A stretch of 63,865 nucleotides of DNA, filler included, from Sluysia triapertura (lineage: Eukaryota), in NCBI GenBank assembly GCA_046118255.1. It is 4 parts of 4 records of this genome, joined end to end, with 100 filler letters (N's around TTAATTAATTAA, not from the genome) between each part and the next. Parts side by side here need not be neighbours in the genome. Positions count along the whole stretch, not along the records: positions 1 to 21,253 come from JBJNIA010262839.1; positions 21,354 to 37,231 come from JBJNIA010216141.1; 2 more parts are not named here. The stretch is one strand, 5' to 3'. Shown here one piece after another: positions 11,055-24,142 of the stretch. Position 1 is the stretch's first letter. Each line of letters starts with the position of its first letter. The position numbers and the translations under genes are program-made. The notes beneath the pieces are model-generated. The model was not told the DNA's origin. It made no database searches and saw only the letters and a program-made list of their open reading frames with translations.

Positions 11055-13399
11055 ATATTATCTTAGTATTATTATTTAAAATGAATCATTATAAAGTAAT
11101 TTGGTGAGTGAGCTAAAAATAGCTATAATTTGGTAAATAAGTTCATTGACCTGGTAGCATAAATTAATATATAAAGCAACAGGAATTACTACATACACTG
11201 ATTGGCTTGCAAGTTTAATAAAGTTATTTTATACAGTAATTTATTCAGCTGTTGGGATATTACTCTCATTAAGTTCAATAGATATAAAATAATTTTTATC
11301 ATAACATTTATCTAAAGTTATTCGATTTGAAATAAATTGAAGTTATACTTTGTTTCAAGCATATAATTGGGTTAGAAAATACACTTTCAAAATTCAGAAA
11401 AGTTATTAACAAAGAAAATCGTTAGTTTATAATTAATATAAGAATAATTGATTTTACTAATTTATTAAAATATACCTATTATAAATTTTGTGTAATTATT
11501 TGGGATTAGTGAAGGGTAAAGATCAAATAAGGTGTTGGAATTGCCCAACTGTAGATCAGAAGATGAGTGAGAAACATATAGAACTATAAAATCAAGGAAG
11601 AACTGAGACAAAGTGATGGATTGAACATTATAAACATTGTTGAAATAAGAATCATGAAAAAGAAAGCATTTGTAATGATGTTAGCAGCTAAAGAATACCT
11701 TGGAGTTCCAAAAACCTATATAAGAGTTTGGGACCCTATGGAAGTTTGAGATGGACTTGAAAAACCTTTAGAAGCATTAAGGTACCTTTGAACTTTAGAT
11801 CATTTAAGATCTTAGTAACCTTTAAATATCTTGGAACATCGATGAGCATTTGAGATCCTTTAGTAATCTTATAAAGTGTTTAAAATCTTTAAAATATTTG
11901 AGAAATAAAATCATTGCTATTGGTATTAAAGATAAAACTATTATGGTAATAATAAACATAAAGAAGTCGAAAAAGGAATCAGAGAGGTGAAGATTAAAGC
12001 CTCTAGAGCCTCCTGAATGCCTTATAAACTACAAAATAACTTTAGGACTTAATAAAACCTTTTAAGTCTAAAAACAGATTAATTAATTAAAATCTTAATT
12101 AAGAAAAAGTACGTATGTGTGAATAACTTTGAATGCGGAATGCTAAGTTAAAATTGAAAGAGTGTATGCATTTGTTGTGAAAATACCTTTCTATGAAGGT
12201 ATAATTTGACCGAATTCATGCAAGGAAAGCCTTAATATTGAGAAAAGTCAAATTTTAATTAATTCTTAATTATGCAATGTTGAATTTCTTATACTTAGAA
12301 TGATACAAATATAATTAAATGAATATGAGATGATTGCTGCGGAAGAGGATAATCTAGGAGTGGGTTTGTAGCATGGTTTGTTTGAGAATAAGAAGCTTAA
12401 AACACTTTTCATTAGAAATTTGTTGTGAAAAACCAAAAATCAATTAAATTCTGAAAACTAAAATTAAATTCATTATTTTTTTATGTATGCCAACAATAAT
12501 AATGGTTATTATATTAATGTGAGAATTAATTTAAGTAAAAGTAGATTGAGTAGAGTAAAGGAAAATAATTGATAATAGTAAATCAATTTTTTGTGTTTTG
12601 TATCTAATAAACTTTGACAATCTGTATCTTGTAACAGTCAAAGTTATTATGGTCGGATTAATTCTTAAAGAATGTTGCACTGATTTGTTTGAGAAAATGT
12701 TTAATCAAAAATTTGGGAATGATTGGAAGATGAGAAAATATAAAAAGGAATACCAAAAATTTTACCTGACAAAAACAACACAACATTAACAATGATTAAT
12801 AATGCAAATAAAAAGATCCATGCTTTAAGTAATTTTTGAATTTATTTTATAATTAAAAATAATATTATTTTTGAGTATTTTATTAAAATAGTTTTGTTTT
12901 TCTGTTAATTTTTGGAAATTTATATTGATTATTATTAAGAAATAATCGTGAATAATAATTAATATTTTTTACTGTAGATTGTTATTATTAATCTTATTGT
13001 TAATCTTATTATTTTAGTCACTTTTTATATTAATTAGTGGAGATAATAAGAATTTGTATTTGATTTTTATTTAACCAGTAAATTATTTTGTTTCTATTGA
13101 TTGGATTTTCAAAAGCTTAATTGTAGGGTGAATAATTATTATCAAAGTAAGAGAATTACTGAAAATTTATACTTGATATAGTGACTACTTAAATTATTGA
13201 GATTTTAATAAAGCTAATTAAATTGATATTGATTTATCCTAGCTAATAATTTCTAAAGACGCAACAAACTGAGTAATCCGTTTAATAATTTATTTATGTG
13301 TGAAGTGTTGATTTGTGATGAGAATATTTAGAGTTCACTAAAATAAATAAAGCCAAAATTAATAAAGTTTATTTTTGTTAATGAGTAATTAATTATCCG

Positions 13400-13620
13400 C
13401 ATAAATACACTTAGATTTGAATCTAAGAGGCCTATAAAACTTCTCATCGTGGCGGTGGCAAGTTTCTAATTTATTTTACGCGAATTTCAAAAGCTTTTAT
13501 GCCGCCGTCTGAAATAATGTGGCCAAAAAATGCGATTTTGGTTTTAATAAATGTGCATTTCTTTGGTTTTATTATGAGATAATTTTCTACAAGTCTTTGA
13601 AAAACTTGTTCTTGAGAAAA
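13400..13620 (-). mobile_element. Ty3/Gypsy reverse transcriptase remnant
   Basis: QVFQRLVENYLIIKPKKCTFIKTKIAFFGHIISDGGIK...IRNLPPP corresponds to the RT domain 6-7 pattern KPxKC.F....FLGH.IS..GI. Confidence 0.8.
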
Positions 13621-16600
13621 TATGTTTGATATAAATGAATAAAAAAATCTAAACATTAATTTTATAACAGAAAAGAAATCTAACAAAGAAATCTAATTGT
13701 TTACCCTTCGATATTGCTTATTAATTCGTTCAATGTATGATTTATGATACAACTGATTTATGTTTACATCATGTTGATTCTAATAGTATGAAAACATTAA
13801 TAAAATACTGAAACACTTCGCAAAATGTTTCATTTTTCCTATTAAAATATGTAGCTATTTTTACTATCATAATTCCTAACGGGATTATTCAAGAAATTCT
13901 TGATTTCAATCCGTAAAAAGCCATTTGTAATTTTGTTGAATACTTAGTCACTGAAACTACTTACTTATTCAAAACTAGTTACTAATTCATGGAGTAAAAA
14001 TCAGAGTATTTATTTTCATGTGAGAGCTCATACTCAGTTAATGACATAGAAAGTGGTGAAAAGATTAAAATAACAGATGTTGTTGATTCACAATCATAGT
14101 ATTTACTTTAATTTGACCAATGCCTTCATTATACGTTATTGAGATGTCAAAATAATTTGATGATATATTGTAATAAATTTCAGTATCCGTTGTTTCATTA
14201 TCAAAGTCATTATTAAGTTATATGTAGTCGTAACTTGGCCTGATGACAAAATCATCTTTATACGAAAATCATTGATGTGAATATTATCCACAGAATTAAA
14301 ATAACTACTTAAAAAGAATTTTATTAAGTATCGACTTTATTTGGCAACACTATTAATTATATTATAAGTTTAATCACTATAATAAACTGTAGCCCATTTT
14401 GCAATTGCCTCATCTTTTGTCCATGTTCTTTAGAATCGACTTTGTTGATTATCGCCATACTCTTACTAACAATACAAACAATTTAACTTTAACTTATTAA
14501 TCTTATATAATTTCAATATATTTAATTTTGCATTAAGTTTAAATTTATCACTTTCTTCATATTTAATTTCTAATAAATCTGCTTTGCTACAAAAGAATAT
14601 TTCATTTGTATCAAGATTAAAATTCTTCATTTTCATTCATTCGAATAACATCTCCGTCACATTTATTTGATTCAAATATATCATAATGTATTATTTTTAT
14701 TTTTTCATTTTCATTCGTTCTGTTTCGTTTGTAATTCTATGTTTGAAAAATCTTTTTTCGACACTGTAAATTCTCGTGTCCAATTTTTAGTCTTAATTTT
14801 ATTGACTATTGCTATATTTTTTACGTGTTTACCTTTATTAATAATACAAAGTTCATTTTCTTTCAATGTAAAACTGTTAATATTTTTAATATTTCTGATA
14901 TTGTAATTTATTCATGTTTTGTATTCAAGTTCTCGTAATTGTTTTGTATCACCACAGTTAAACATTACATGTTCATCGAAATTATAAAATTCTTCTTTCA
15001 CATTTATTCGAATTAAATTTCCACTATCTTTTTGTAGAAATACTTCCACAATGTCATCTGATCTAAATATTTTATTATTTCCTCGGTGTTCATTTTTAAG
15101 ACGTGAAATTATTCTGTTGAAATACGAATCAATTTATAGTTTCTGCTATAATCAAGCCATTTTCAATTATTAGAACGGAATAAACAACCGTTCTCATATT
15201 CTAAATAAAGTTTTCTTTTGTCAAATTTCGTTTTTCTTTTTGCTGATTCCATTTCATTTGTAAATTTTTTAAATGTTCCATTAAATACTGTGGTGAACTT
15301 ATAATCAATTATAAAAGCTAATACAAATGAATGCAAAAGAAATAATGAGAAATAACAATAAAAGGAGAAAAAAGGAGTAGGAGAATAGAATAGCAATAAT
15401 ATTATAACAATTTTCATATTATAATAATAAACAATAGTAATTTTTAGGTGGTAGTTGTATTTAAAGATTAACCTGAATATTTTCGTAATTATGATTGTAA
15501 AAATATGTCGAGTTTTTAATTGTCATGCTATTATTTGTATGATTTTTATTAGATGTGTTATGTTCGGCTGAACTTTGTTTGTGATAAATATGTTTTAGGG
15601 TTAAATATTGTTTTTGTGTTTGTTTATAAAGTGTGTGCTCGAGGGTTGTATCTGCTTTTCATAGTCTGTTTTGAGTTTCTCCTTTTTAAATTGAAACCTC
15701 AAGGATAGACTGTTGGATGATTGAAAACTATATACAATATACCAATTATTAGGAATTGTACGTTATCCTACGCCTGATAGGATACCACATTATGCTTTAA
15801 CAGATTGAGAAGCTTCTTTATCTATTTAGTCACCTAGTGGTATTCATTCTAAAGGACAACAAAACGGTAAGTTATAATAATAATGCAAGTATTTTACTGT
15901 TTCGTTACGTGCAAAATGTGTTTTAGCTGGGTTCACCTACAACTAACGGTTAATATACAATTAGCGATTTATAAGAATTTTTAAAATAAACGTATGTCTT
16001 GAACTACTTTTGTTTTTATTGACAATACTACCTATTCATTTTATTGTTCGATTGAGTAATTTATTTATTTATTTATTTCTTTTTTCGACTTACACTTTTA
16101 TGTTTATTTACGTTAAATCTAAACGAAGTTTATGACTAAAAACTTTATTCTAATGTATTTTCAAAACCAAACCACAAGTTTAACTGCACTTACTTTGTAA
16201 TTAAACAATTATTCCCACTCTAAATGCTGTGTTATTAGAGGAATTGACAATAATTACCGCGAATGTATTTGGAACCCAATAATATAATATACAGATAAAA
16301 CAATAAAACGATAAAAGAGTTATAATAAAATAAATACAATATTAAATATTGAGATTTCTCTTAATATGATAAAGTATATTTTAAAATTGATTTTAATACT
16401 AGATCTATTCTATTTGAAAGACATAAATGATTTTAATGGATTTTGATTATTATCTTATATAAGGAAAATTCATTATAAATATTTAACTTAAGTTTCTTTC
16501 ACAGCTGTTTAATCAATTTAAATAATTTAATTGTCTTGATCAATTTGACAATATCCTCCAAGTAATGAAGGATTTACAACAACTGCGAAGATACACCCCA

Positions 16601-17307
16601 CAAATTACCGAAATGTTAACCAAAACTTTGTAGTTACCAACTAATATAAATCGTATTAGTTTTATATTATTAGTTGTATTATCTTTTCGAATTAACATTT
16701 TTTGTATTATCTTATTAGTTTTTATAAGGCTATTATATATTGTTCATTTACATTTTTAAAAATAGGCATTATGCCTTAGAATAATAACAGTTTATATTTT
16801 CATTAGAAAGGTTTTTCGCTCCTTAATTTGTTCGTATTAATGGGTGATACGCCATTGTTTTTTAACNNNNNNNNNNNNNNNNNNNNNNNNNNNNNNNNNN
16901 NNNNNNNNNNNNNNNNNNNNNNNNNNNNNNNNNNNNNNNNNNNNNNNNNNNNNNNNNNNNNNNNNNNNNNNNNNNNNNNNNNNNNNNNNNNNNNNNNNNN
17001 NNTTGAAATTAATTTATAAACAAAGAAAATAAAACTCTTTCCTAAACCTAATTGTAATGTGATAAATAAAATTAATAAATTTAATTAGTTAATTAATGTA
17101 AATTAATTTATTTAAATAATTACTGCTAAATGTTTCTTTTGTATTATTTTAACATATTANNNNNNNNNNNNNNNNNNNNNNNNNNNNNNNNNNNNNNNNN
17201 NNNNNNNNNNNNNNNNNNNNNNNNNNNNNNNNNNNNNNNNNNNNNNNNNNNNNNNNNNNNNNNNNNNNNNNNNNNNNNNNNNNNNNNTGTTATAATTATT
17301 ATTATTA

Positions 17308-17341
<34 letters not shown>

Positions 17342-17345
<4 letters not shown>

Positions 17346-17425
17346 GGGAAACAGGCCTAAAGTGCTACAGAATAATGATAGTGCCGGGTTAGATTCCTGT
17401 TCAGTCAATTTTATGAATTCTAACA
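17342..17425 (+). mobile_element. Internally deleted copy of the tRNA-bearing solo-LTR
   Basis: TATTGGGAAACAGGCCTAAAGTGC...CGGGTTAGATTCCTGTTCAGTCAATTTTATGAATTCTAACA aligns with the 5' end and with the T-arm/3' end of the 10897-11054 copy. Confidence 0.65.
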
Positions 17426-17442
17426 TTTTTATTATTATAAAA

Positions 17443-17482
<40 letters not shown>

Positions 17483-17547
17483 CATTTATAATTAAAATTG
17501 ATCAATATATTATAAATATTATATGTATAGACTATTTATACATATAT

Positions 17548-17871
17548 CAGGGGTGGCGAAGCTCCTTGATAGTCCGGGCCATTTTTCAAAATTTGAAATT
17601 TTTCACGAGGCGCTATTAAATACGTATAAAAAAGTATGCAAAAAAGTTATTAAAAATTTTTTGTTGACTCATATCATTCTTTGAATGGAAATGTGTTACA
17701 ACGTTGCACTTAACCTTTCATATTTGTTAGTATAATTTAAAAGACATTTTGAAACACAATCGGAACGATAATAATTTTTTGAAATATAATAACACAATGA
17801 AAAGGAAACTAGGGTACATTTATCGAGAGCCACAAATAATCATTCAAAGAGCTGCAGTTTGTCCATCCCTG
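17548..17871. mobile_element. Non-autonomous hAT element (MITE)
   Basis: Imperfect TIRs CAGGGGTGGCGAAGC / (revcomp) CAGGGATGGACAAAC; 8-bp TSD ACATATAT / ACATATAC. Confidence 0.8.
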
Positions 17872-18439
17872 ACATATACTATTTATAGATGTACTATAGA
17901 TATACTAATCAAAATATTCAAACACAACAATAAGCACAAAATTTAATAAATAATATTACTGAAAACACAAAAATTAATGATTTTCATAAAGTTTTGGCAA
18001 ACAAATTTGAATTTAATTTCCAATTTTTTTGCATTTTAATGCTGAGAATTCTTCTTCACACGGAAACAATGCTTTTGTTGTTAGGATTTTCCATATTCTT
18101 AATAACATAAAATATTACTGGAAGAGCAATGACATTGACATTTTTAACATTAAGAATACCCTCGAGTTTTCAAAGACCTTTATAGAGTGGTGACAATGAA
18201 AACATTTAGAACTTTTTATTAATACGAATCGAGAAACTATTCGTTGAACAGAATTCAAACCTATATTCTTCGTTTAATAACTTTTCTCATTAAATTAATT
18301 AAACAAACAATTAATTTTATAATAATGATGAAGTAAAATTAAAGTAAAATAAAATAAAACTAATTTTAAAATAGCATCTTTGAATATCATTCAAATTTCT
18401 TTTTCAATGAATATCATGAGAAAAAATTTTATTCGTAAC

Positions 18440-18499
<60 letters not shown>

Positions 18500-19359
18500 T
18501 TGTGGTCTCAGTCATATGCTTTTATACCCAAGTACAGTCACATATTTATATAAAAGTCATTCGCTAATACTCTTGACATTGCACAACTTTAACTCATATC
18601 ACACAAATTACAAACCAAAAAAATAAATAAATAAATAAGAAAAAATATTCAACACAAATTATTATAATAAACTATTATTATAAATTATCAAGTTTAGCTC
18701 CTCTGATATCGCTTTTCTAATATGCCTCAACATCACCTCCGAAACATAATTACTTTCCATTTTCGTCCTCTTTCTATTAGTCTGTATGTTTTTCTACAAA
18801 TTCCCATTGTTTGTATTTTATCTCTGAAGATAAGGAATTCCGTGTTGAATAATCATCCTGATAAATCACGGAAGGTCAGTAATTAAATTGACAAGAATTA
18901 ATTGATATTGAAGAAATAAAACTCAGAGATTGTGGATCAGCCTCTATCGAAATTCAGATATCTCGTTCACGCGAATCAAATGAAAACTAGCAAGTATCGA
19001 CGATTTCTACTTTGTTAAAAATGAATATTTGTTAAAAATTATTGTTAAAATTACGAAAAATTATTTTCATTAGTTAGAATCTTAACATGACTTAACTTAT
19101 GTGTTAAAATATTTTTAAATATTAAAAACTGTCGTTTATCTTCAAATAAATTTAATTTAAAATAAAAATCACGAAAAGTATTAACACCAAAAACATAAAA
19201 TTTATTACCATTATTAAAAATTTGATGGTTCAACTTTACACTACGGGTTTGATTATTCCGAGCATATTTCGACAGAGTACTCTTGATACTACTAAAAGAT
19301 TTAAAAGAAGAATTATCAAATATGAAAAGGATAATCATAGAGAAATAATTAAGAAACAA

Positions 19360-21000
19360 AATCACCTGAAAGTCAACATCTTTGCTAATTTGAACAGGAA
19401 TGTTAAAAATGTCATAATCAATTATTCCATCTACAACATCTGCGTATTCTTTATCATCAGCTTCATCATCTGTTGCATTGGACTGTGCATCACATGATAA
19501 AATATTGTTAATGAGGATAAAAATGATTCCAACTGCATCTGAGTATTTCAATGGAACAATTAATTCCATAAGATAAGGCCATAAAACGGTCCTCATTGAA
19601 TTAACAGTACTACTGCATAACTGAAAAACTTTCATACAAAATAGACGTAATTGATCATTTGATACCTGGCCTTGAGATGATTTGATCGAAAGGCGAAACT
19701 TATTAGGTTCAGTTTTAGTACTAAGCACAATTTGTATAACAATAATTTCGGCTAAATATCAGCTAACTGTAATTTGACACTGTTTGACAAATTAGCTCCA
19801 TCATTGGAAGACTGTCCAGTCAATTGACGCAAACCAGTAATTAACTGTGCTCGTCTGGAAATCAGTTGGGCATCACAACTGCTAATTAAATGTCGCAATA
19901 CAATTAAAACTGCAGAGGCAACCTTTTCATTACTGGAACTAGTGGAACTTGATAAAAATCCAGACGAACTTTTACTACTTGAACCTGATGAGTTGCCTAG
20001 AATAACTGATACACCAAGTTTTTGAAGAAAATACATTATGATATTATCTGGATAAGCATTACAAAGTGAAGTAAATCCTCGTTTGATTTCATTTTGATTA
20101 CGAATCACATTCAATTGATTTTGATCGGATATGTCAGTTGGAAAGATAATTCTGCAATTGTTGAAACAAAGTGTTAACGATGACCTCAAAATGATTGGCT
20201 AGTATGGCAAATTCTATTACGAGTGGTCGTACAGAAGCTGAATCTGGTGTTTCTGCTTGACTGGTATTGAAATTGGTAATACCGCCTGAACCGGGAGCAG
20301 AATATTCATTTAAATTCTGACTTGTTAAATTCTGCTTGGATAATTTGTGAAAGTGTTTTAGTAACATGATATGACTCTGAATGTTTTTTATATTGGGCTA
20401 AAATAACCGGTCAAAGTTTATTTAAATGTGATTCAAAACTATTTCCTTCTAATATAAATACCATATTCTCGATTGCATCCATTACCGCTTTGCGAAGTTT
20501 GGCTTCTCTAGTATTAACCAATGATGTGATAAATATTTCAAACGCTGACAAAATATAACTAGAAAATGTGAATATATTAACATTAGAATCTGTAACTCGA
20601 TCTTTATTATCAATATATTCCAAAATCGATTCACAACACTGACTAAATGCATTAGCAATAACCATTTGCAATTGTCAGTTTTTGCTAATGAAAACAACGT
20701 TAACATTTGGATTATAACATCTGTCAAATAAGGAACCATTCCATAAGGATTTTTTGTGGGCATTGCACCATATGTTTGAATAACAAATATTTGTGGTAAA
20801 ACACTTGGTTGAATTTTTTCTGATAACGGATTCATTATTAATTGACAAAAATTTGTGCTTAAATGAACTAAAACGTCACTTGCCTCTGATTGCCATTCTG
20901 GTATAACATCTTTGCTATGCGTCATTTCTTCAATAACTTGATTTATTAAATTAGTTACAAAATCAGGTATATCATTCAATTCTTTTAATATTTCTTTCAT
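19360..21000 (-). pseudogene. MROH1: MROH1 (maestro HEAT-like repeat / HEATR7A) pseudogene
   Basis: Motifs EWQSEASDVLV, LAQYKKHSESYHVTKTLSQI, RNQNEIKRGFTSLCNAYPD and LWPYLMELIVP. Broken by a 1-nt frameshift (about 20662), an in-frame TGA (20411-20413), further frameshifts (about 20330 and 20150) and a deletion (about 19750). Confidence 0.8.
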
Positions 21001-21253
21001 TGAAGAAAGTTGTAGTGGCCAACTCCGTAAATTAAGACTTAAAACAATTTAATTAACATAAAATCTATCACAACCATACTCTACAACTACAATCATCACT
21101 CAATTCATTTCATAAAGCAACAATATACAACCTTAACATTTCACCAAACTACATCCAACAATAAATTAATCCATACCTTAACATTCCCAACTCAATAAAC
21201 TCTTACATTCATTTCAACAACTCAAAACACTCACTCATTAAATACCTTATCAA
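21001..21253 (+). mobile_element. G-poor retroelement leader fragment
   Basis: GAAAGT..GTGGCCAACTCCGTAA resembles 57726-57757 and is followed by an almost G-free C/A-rich tract. Confidence 0.35.
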
Positions 21254-21353
21254 NNNNNNNNNNNNNNNNNNNNNNNNNNNNNNNNNNNNNNNNNNNNTTA
21301 ATTAATTAANNNNNNNNNNNNNNNNNNNNNNNNNNNNNNNNNNNNNNNNNNNN
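21254..21353. other. Synthetic contig linker (N-TTAATTAATTAA-N)
   Basis: Identical 100-nt structure repeated at 37232-37331 and 52844-52943; it places stops in all six frames. Confidence 0.9.
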
Positions 21354-22043
21354 CACTGTTAAAAATATTTAACTCATTAAAACAAAACCAATGAGAAAAT
21401 GATCTATAATAGTTTGTTTTGTTCTTTAATAATTAAAAATTTTAAAATTATTGTACTTTTACCAATTTAACCAAAAATTTATTTAAGATTTTGAACGTAT
21501 TTTTTGCAATATTAAATGATTGCGATACAACATATGTAAATAAAACTAAGGAAAATATTAAATTGTTTCGTCTCCAAATTATATCCTCCACAAAAATTTA
21601 ACTGAAAAAATTTTAAAATTAAGAAATTGTGTTGAACGAATCTGAGTGTATTGGTTAAAAGTTTAGGCTTATGTATTAAAATGTTTTTAACTTTGACATA
21701 GTTTAAACATTATAAATTTAAACAACCATTATAATAAATTTTATTTAAACAAATATTATAATTTAATATTAAACTAATATTTTATTTGATATTTTATTCC
21801 AAATTTGTATACATATTCACATAACATCAATAAATATAAATTAGTCCTAGTATCACATCAATAAATATAAAATCCAAATGTAATATAAAGTTCCAAATAT
21901 AATATAAAGTCCAAAGTTGACAGACATAACATAGGTATCACGTTACAGAGTGCATAAATGGCGGTTTGGCAACAGTTATAAAACCATGCATTAATAATTA
22001 TATATTTGGTTTGTTTAATGTTTTGAGATATTTAATAATATAA

Positions 22044-22160
22044 TGTTGTGCCATAATCTTAAATGGCCATCTAGAATTATGATGGGCTGATAGCTTAGTG
22101 ATCAGATCATCGAACTGTACAACTGTGAAATGAGTCAGCCCATTTAATGGAAGTCTAACA
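22044..22160 (+). mobile_element. tRNA-bearing solo-LTR copy with a perfect 4-bp TSD
   Basis: ATAA|TGTTG...GGCCATCTAGAATTATGATGGGCTGATAGCTTAGTG...TCAGCCCATTTAATGGAAGTCTAACA|ATAA. Confidence 0.75.
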
Positions 22161-23057
22161 ATAATAGCAATTATTTTTTATTTTTATTTGTACTTCAAAA
22201 GATATTTTAATAATTAATATTGTTATATTAGATGCAACAATTATATTATCTGATATCAACAAATTTATTATAATGCAATAAAATTTTAGCAATATTCCAC
22301 ATTTAATTTTCACATCTAATAAAAATACAGAAAATCTCACACAATTCGACAAACTGAAATTCCGCCAAAATAATGGTATTTTAAAAGTACTTTTTATATC
22401 AAATAACAAGGTCGAATTGAACTGAAACTTATTCACAAAAGACAATATATACAAAACGTGTATTAATTTTGTTTTGTCTTTTTAAATATTTTAGTCAATG
22501 ATTATTAAAATAATGTTTATTGTATTTATTTGGTGGATGATTTTTGAAATAATATTTATTAAATTTATTTAGATTATAGTTATTACAATAAAAATTATTA
22601 AAATTGATTATTAAAATATGTTTATTAAAATTTCTTTTATAAATACTAAGACTAAAATTAAATTTATTCAAAACTAAGTAACAAAAATAATCTTAAGGGC
22701 ATTTATTCAAAATGTACGTTAATTGCATTATAATTAAACGATTAGACGATACTAGTTTATGAAACATAAAATGTTGGAACACCTCTGACCATTTTGTAGT
22801 CAGGGCTTTAAATAAACTAAGACCAGAATAGAAATCAACTAACAAGAAATAAGAATAAAAATTAAAATATCGTACTTGAAGTAGCAAACAAAATATTTAT
22901 TTGTCCATGGAGTTGAACCACGATTTACGTCATGTTGTTGTGGTAATTGTTGTATTGGATTGTGCCAAAATAATATTTAAATAGCCACTTGTATCGATTA
23001 TGTCATCTTTGTATCTGCAGGTTCCGTTTGTAAAGATCGTCAACACATTTTGGATAA

Positions 23058-23676
23058 CATTTATGTATTTTGTTAATGAATGCATTGTTACATCAGCACC
23101 ATGATTTAAAGGTTATTAAAAACTGGTGATAAAATTGCATTACAACAATAATATTCTTATTAAAACTTTTGATAATTTTAACAACTTCTTCAATATCAAC
23201 AATTTTCATCATTGGATTAGATAGAGTTTCAATCCATATCATTTTAGTAGACATTTCTTTAATAGTTCCAAATCTTGCAAATCAATAGCTTCACATTTTA
23301 CTCCAAATTTTATAGCTACGTTCATGAAATAATTTCCAGTTCCAGGATTAAAATAATTAATTATAGAATTTAATGCAGCTAATCCTGAAGCGAAAGTAGT
23401 ACAATATTGACTATTTTCTATTGCCTCTATGGTTGCTTCTAATATTTCTCTATTATAATTATCATCATGTGAATGATCGTATTTTATAGGTTTCTTTGGT
23501 GATTCTTATTTAAAAGCTGTAGATAATGAAATTGGTGGTTTTATTGGTCGTCCTCTACCGTCGTGATCATTAGAGTGATGACCATCGTATAAGGTATGTG
23601 TCGATATATTTGAATTATTTTTAAAGTCTTTAAGAATATTATAAGCCTTGTCATAATAAGGTTTGAGATTAAACAT
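23058..23676 (-). pseudogene. CTH: Cystathionine gamma-lyase pseudogene (N-terminal half)
   Basis: PPISLSTAFK*ESP...FASGLAA...TKMIWIETLSNPMMKIVDI...GADVTMHSLTKYIN (PLP-lysine motif). TAA at the conserved Gln, plus small deletions and a frameshift. Confidence 0.85.
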
Positions 23677-24075
23677 AATTTTAAAAATGTGATGCTAATG
23701 CTACTGAAATTGTGACTAACATTGTTGTATTGACAGTGCCAACATTTTATTTTATATGAATTTTAAATAGCCAATAATGTATTAATTGTTAAAAAATAAA
23801 TTGGTTAGTAACTAAAAATGGTATTGCTAATTAAAAATAAACCAATTAATCCTGTCAATAATCTAAAAATAATTTATTTGTGTGTTTTAATTAATCTAAA
23901 AATAATATCAATCTAAACATAATATTGATTTTAATGTTTGTGTGCTTTAGTAATATATATAATATATTTTAATGTTTATAATAATAATTGTGTGTTTTAA
24001 AATAATATAACTATATACTAAAAATAAATAATAGTTCTAAAAATAAATTAAAAGTTAAAGTTTTATTAGAATTTG

Positions 24076-24077
<2 letters not shown>

Positions 24078-24140
<63 letters not shown>
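24078..24140. repeat. (TTA)n microsatellite (similar tracts at about 7545, 9703, 17300, 17445, 18443 and 25910)
   Basis: Direct reading; these tracts generate the poly-L/N/I/Y pseudo-ORFs in the ORF track. Confidence 0.95.

Positions 24141-24142
<2 letters not shown>

Noticed and set aside
11640-11890. Collagen-like Gly-X-Y relic on the minus strand
   Set aside because: Hints of 9-nt periodicity, but no frame sustains Gly-X-Y.
20411-23512. Alternative genetic code or stop readthrough (TGA in MROH1, TAA at Gln in CTH)
   Set aside because: Both genes also carry frameshifts and deletions, and PGM3 translates cleanly with the standard code.
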